Source: the human T2T-CHM13v2.0 reference genome, Homo sapiens
Reading direction: 5' to 3' (one strand)
Length of the DNA: 64,000 nt
Assembly: GCF_009914755.1 (NCBI RefSeq)
Contig: NC_060934.1
The first letter of the stretch is position 1; each line of letters begins with the position of its first letter. The notes under the pieces were generated by a model. It ran no database searches and was not told where the DNA came from. It worked only from the letters and a program-made list of their open reading frames with translations. Below, in pieces: positions 63,356 through 64,000 of this stretch. Position numbers and translations under genes: made by a program.

Positions 63356-64000
63356 AACAAAAACAGAGCTACCATTTGAGCCGTTTGATCTCAATACTGA
63401 GTATATACCCAAAAGAAAATAAACTGTCCTACCAAAAAGGAACATACATTCATTGCAGCACTATTCACAATAACAAAGACAGGGAATCAACCTAGGTGCC
63501 TATCGACAATGGATTGGGTAAGGAAAATGTGGTACATATATACCACAGAATACTATGTAGCCATAAAAAAGAATGAAATCAGTCATGTCCTTTGCAGCAA
63601 CATGGAAGCAGCTGGAGGCCATTATCCTAAGTGAATGAATGCAGAAGCAGAAAGCCAAATATTGCACATTCTTACTTATAGGTGGGAGTTAAACATTGGG
63701 TGCTCATGGACTTGAATATGGGAAGTGGGGATTGGGGACTACAAGATGGGTGAAGGAAGGAGTGGGGCAAGGACTGAAAAACTACCTATTGGGTACTATG
63801 CTCACTACCTGGGTGACAGTTTCAATTGTACCCCAAACCTCAGCAACAGGAAATATACTCTGATTAACAGACCTGCACATGTAACCCTTGAATCTAAAAT
63901 AAAAGTTGAAAAAAGAGATTAAACAAATTCATATGATTTATTGGGTCACAAAATGTTATTCTTGTTTTGATCCCCCCACCCCAAACATTTAAAAAGGTAA

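Overview
This window is primate, almost certainly human-type, non-coding euchromatic DNA (intergenic or intronic) dominated by interspersed repeats. It holds about 37 dimeric Alus plus 2 monomers, a near-full-length decayed L1PA15/16-class LINE-1 (~39950-47515) and a 5'-truncated copy (60031-63922). Other elements include a THE1A element missing its 5' LTR, several solo LTRs (MER39-, MST-, MLT1-like), and DNA transposon fossils (Ricksha/MULE carrying an MLT2B LTR, Arthur1, MER2, MER5A, MER58B), plus MIR and L2 relics. No recognisable protein-coding gene, RNA gene or CRISPR array was found, and most ORF-track entries are repeat-derived. The best non-repeat signals are: (i) a divergent pair of CTCF motifs, both with correctly spaced upstream U-modules (36513-36626); (ii) four perfect AP-1 sites in 104 bp (23782-23885); (iii) two minus-strand exon-like segments (35089-34840 and 29210-~28635) that would splice in frame into a 160-codon ORF followed by AATAAA; (iv) several templated-insertion or fold-back repair scars (3252-3375, 44336-44399, 50648-50695); (v) an unusually similar inverted MIR3 pair. 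Repeat subfamily names are recalled from consensus sequences and should be confirmed with RepeatMasker/Dfam. Boundaries are approximate unless a TSD is quoted.
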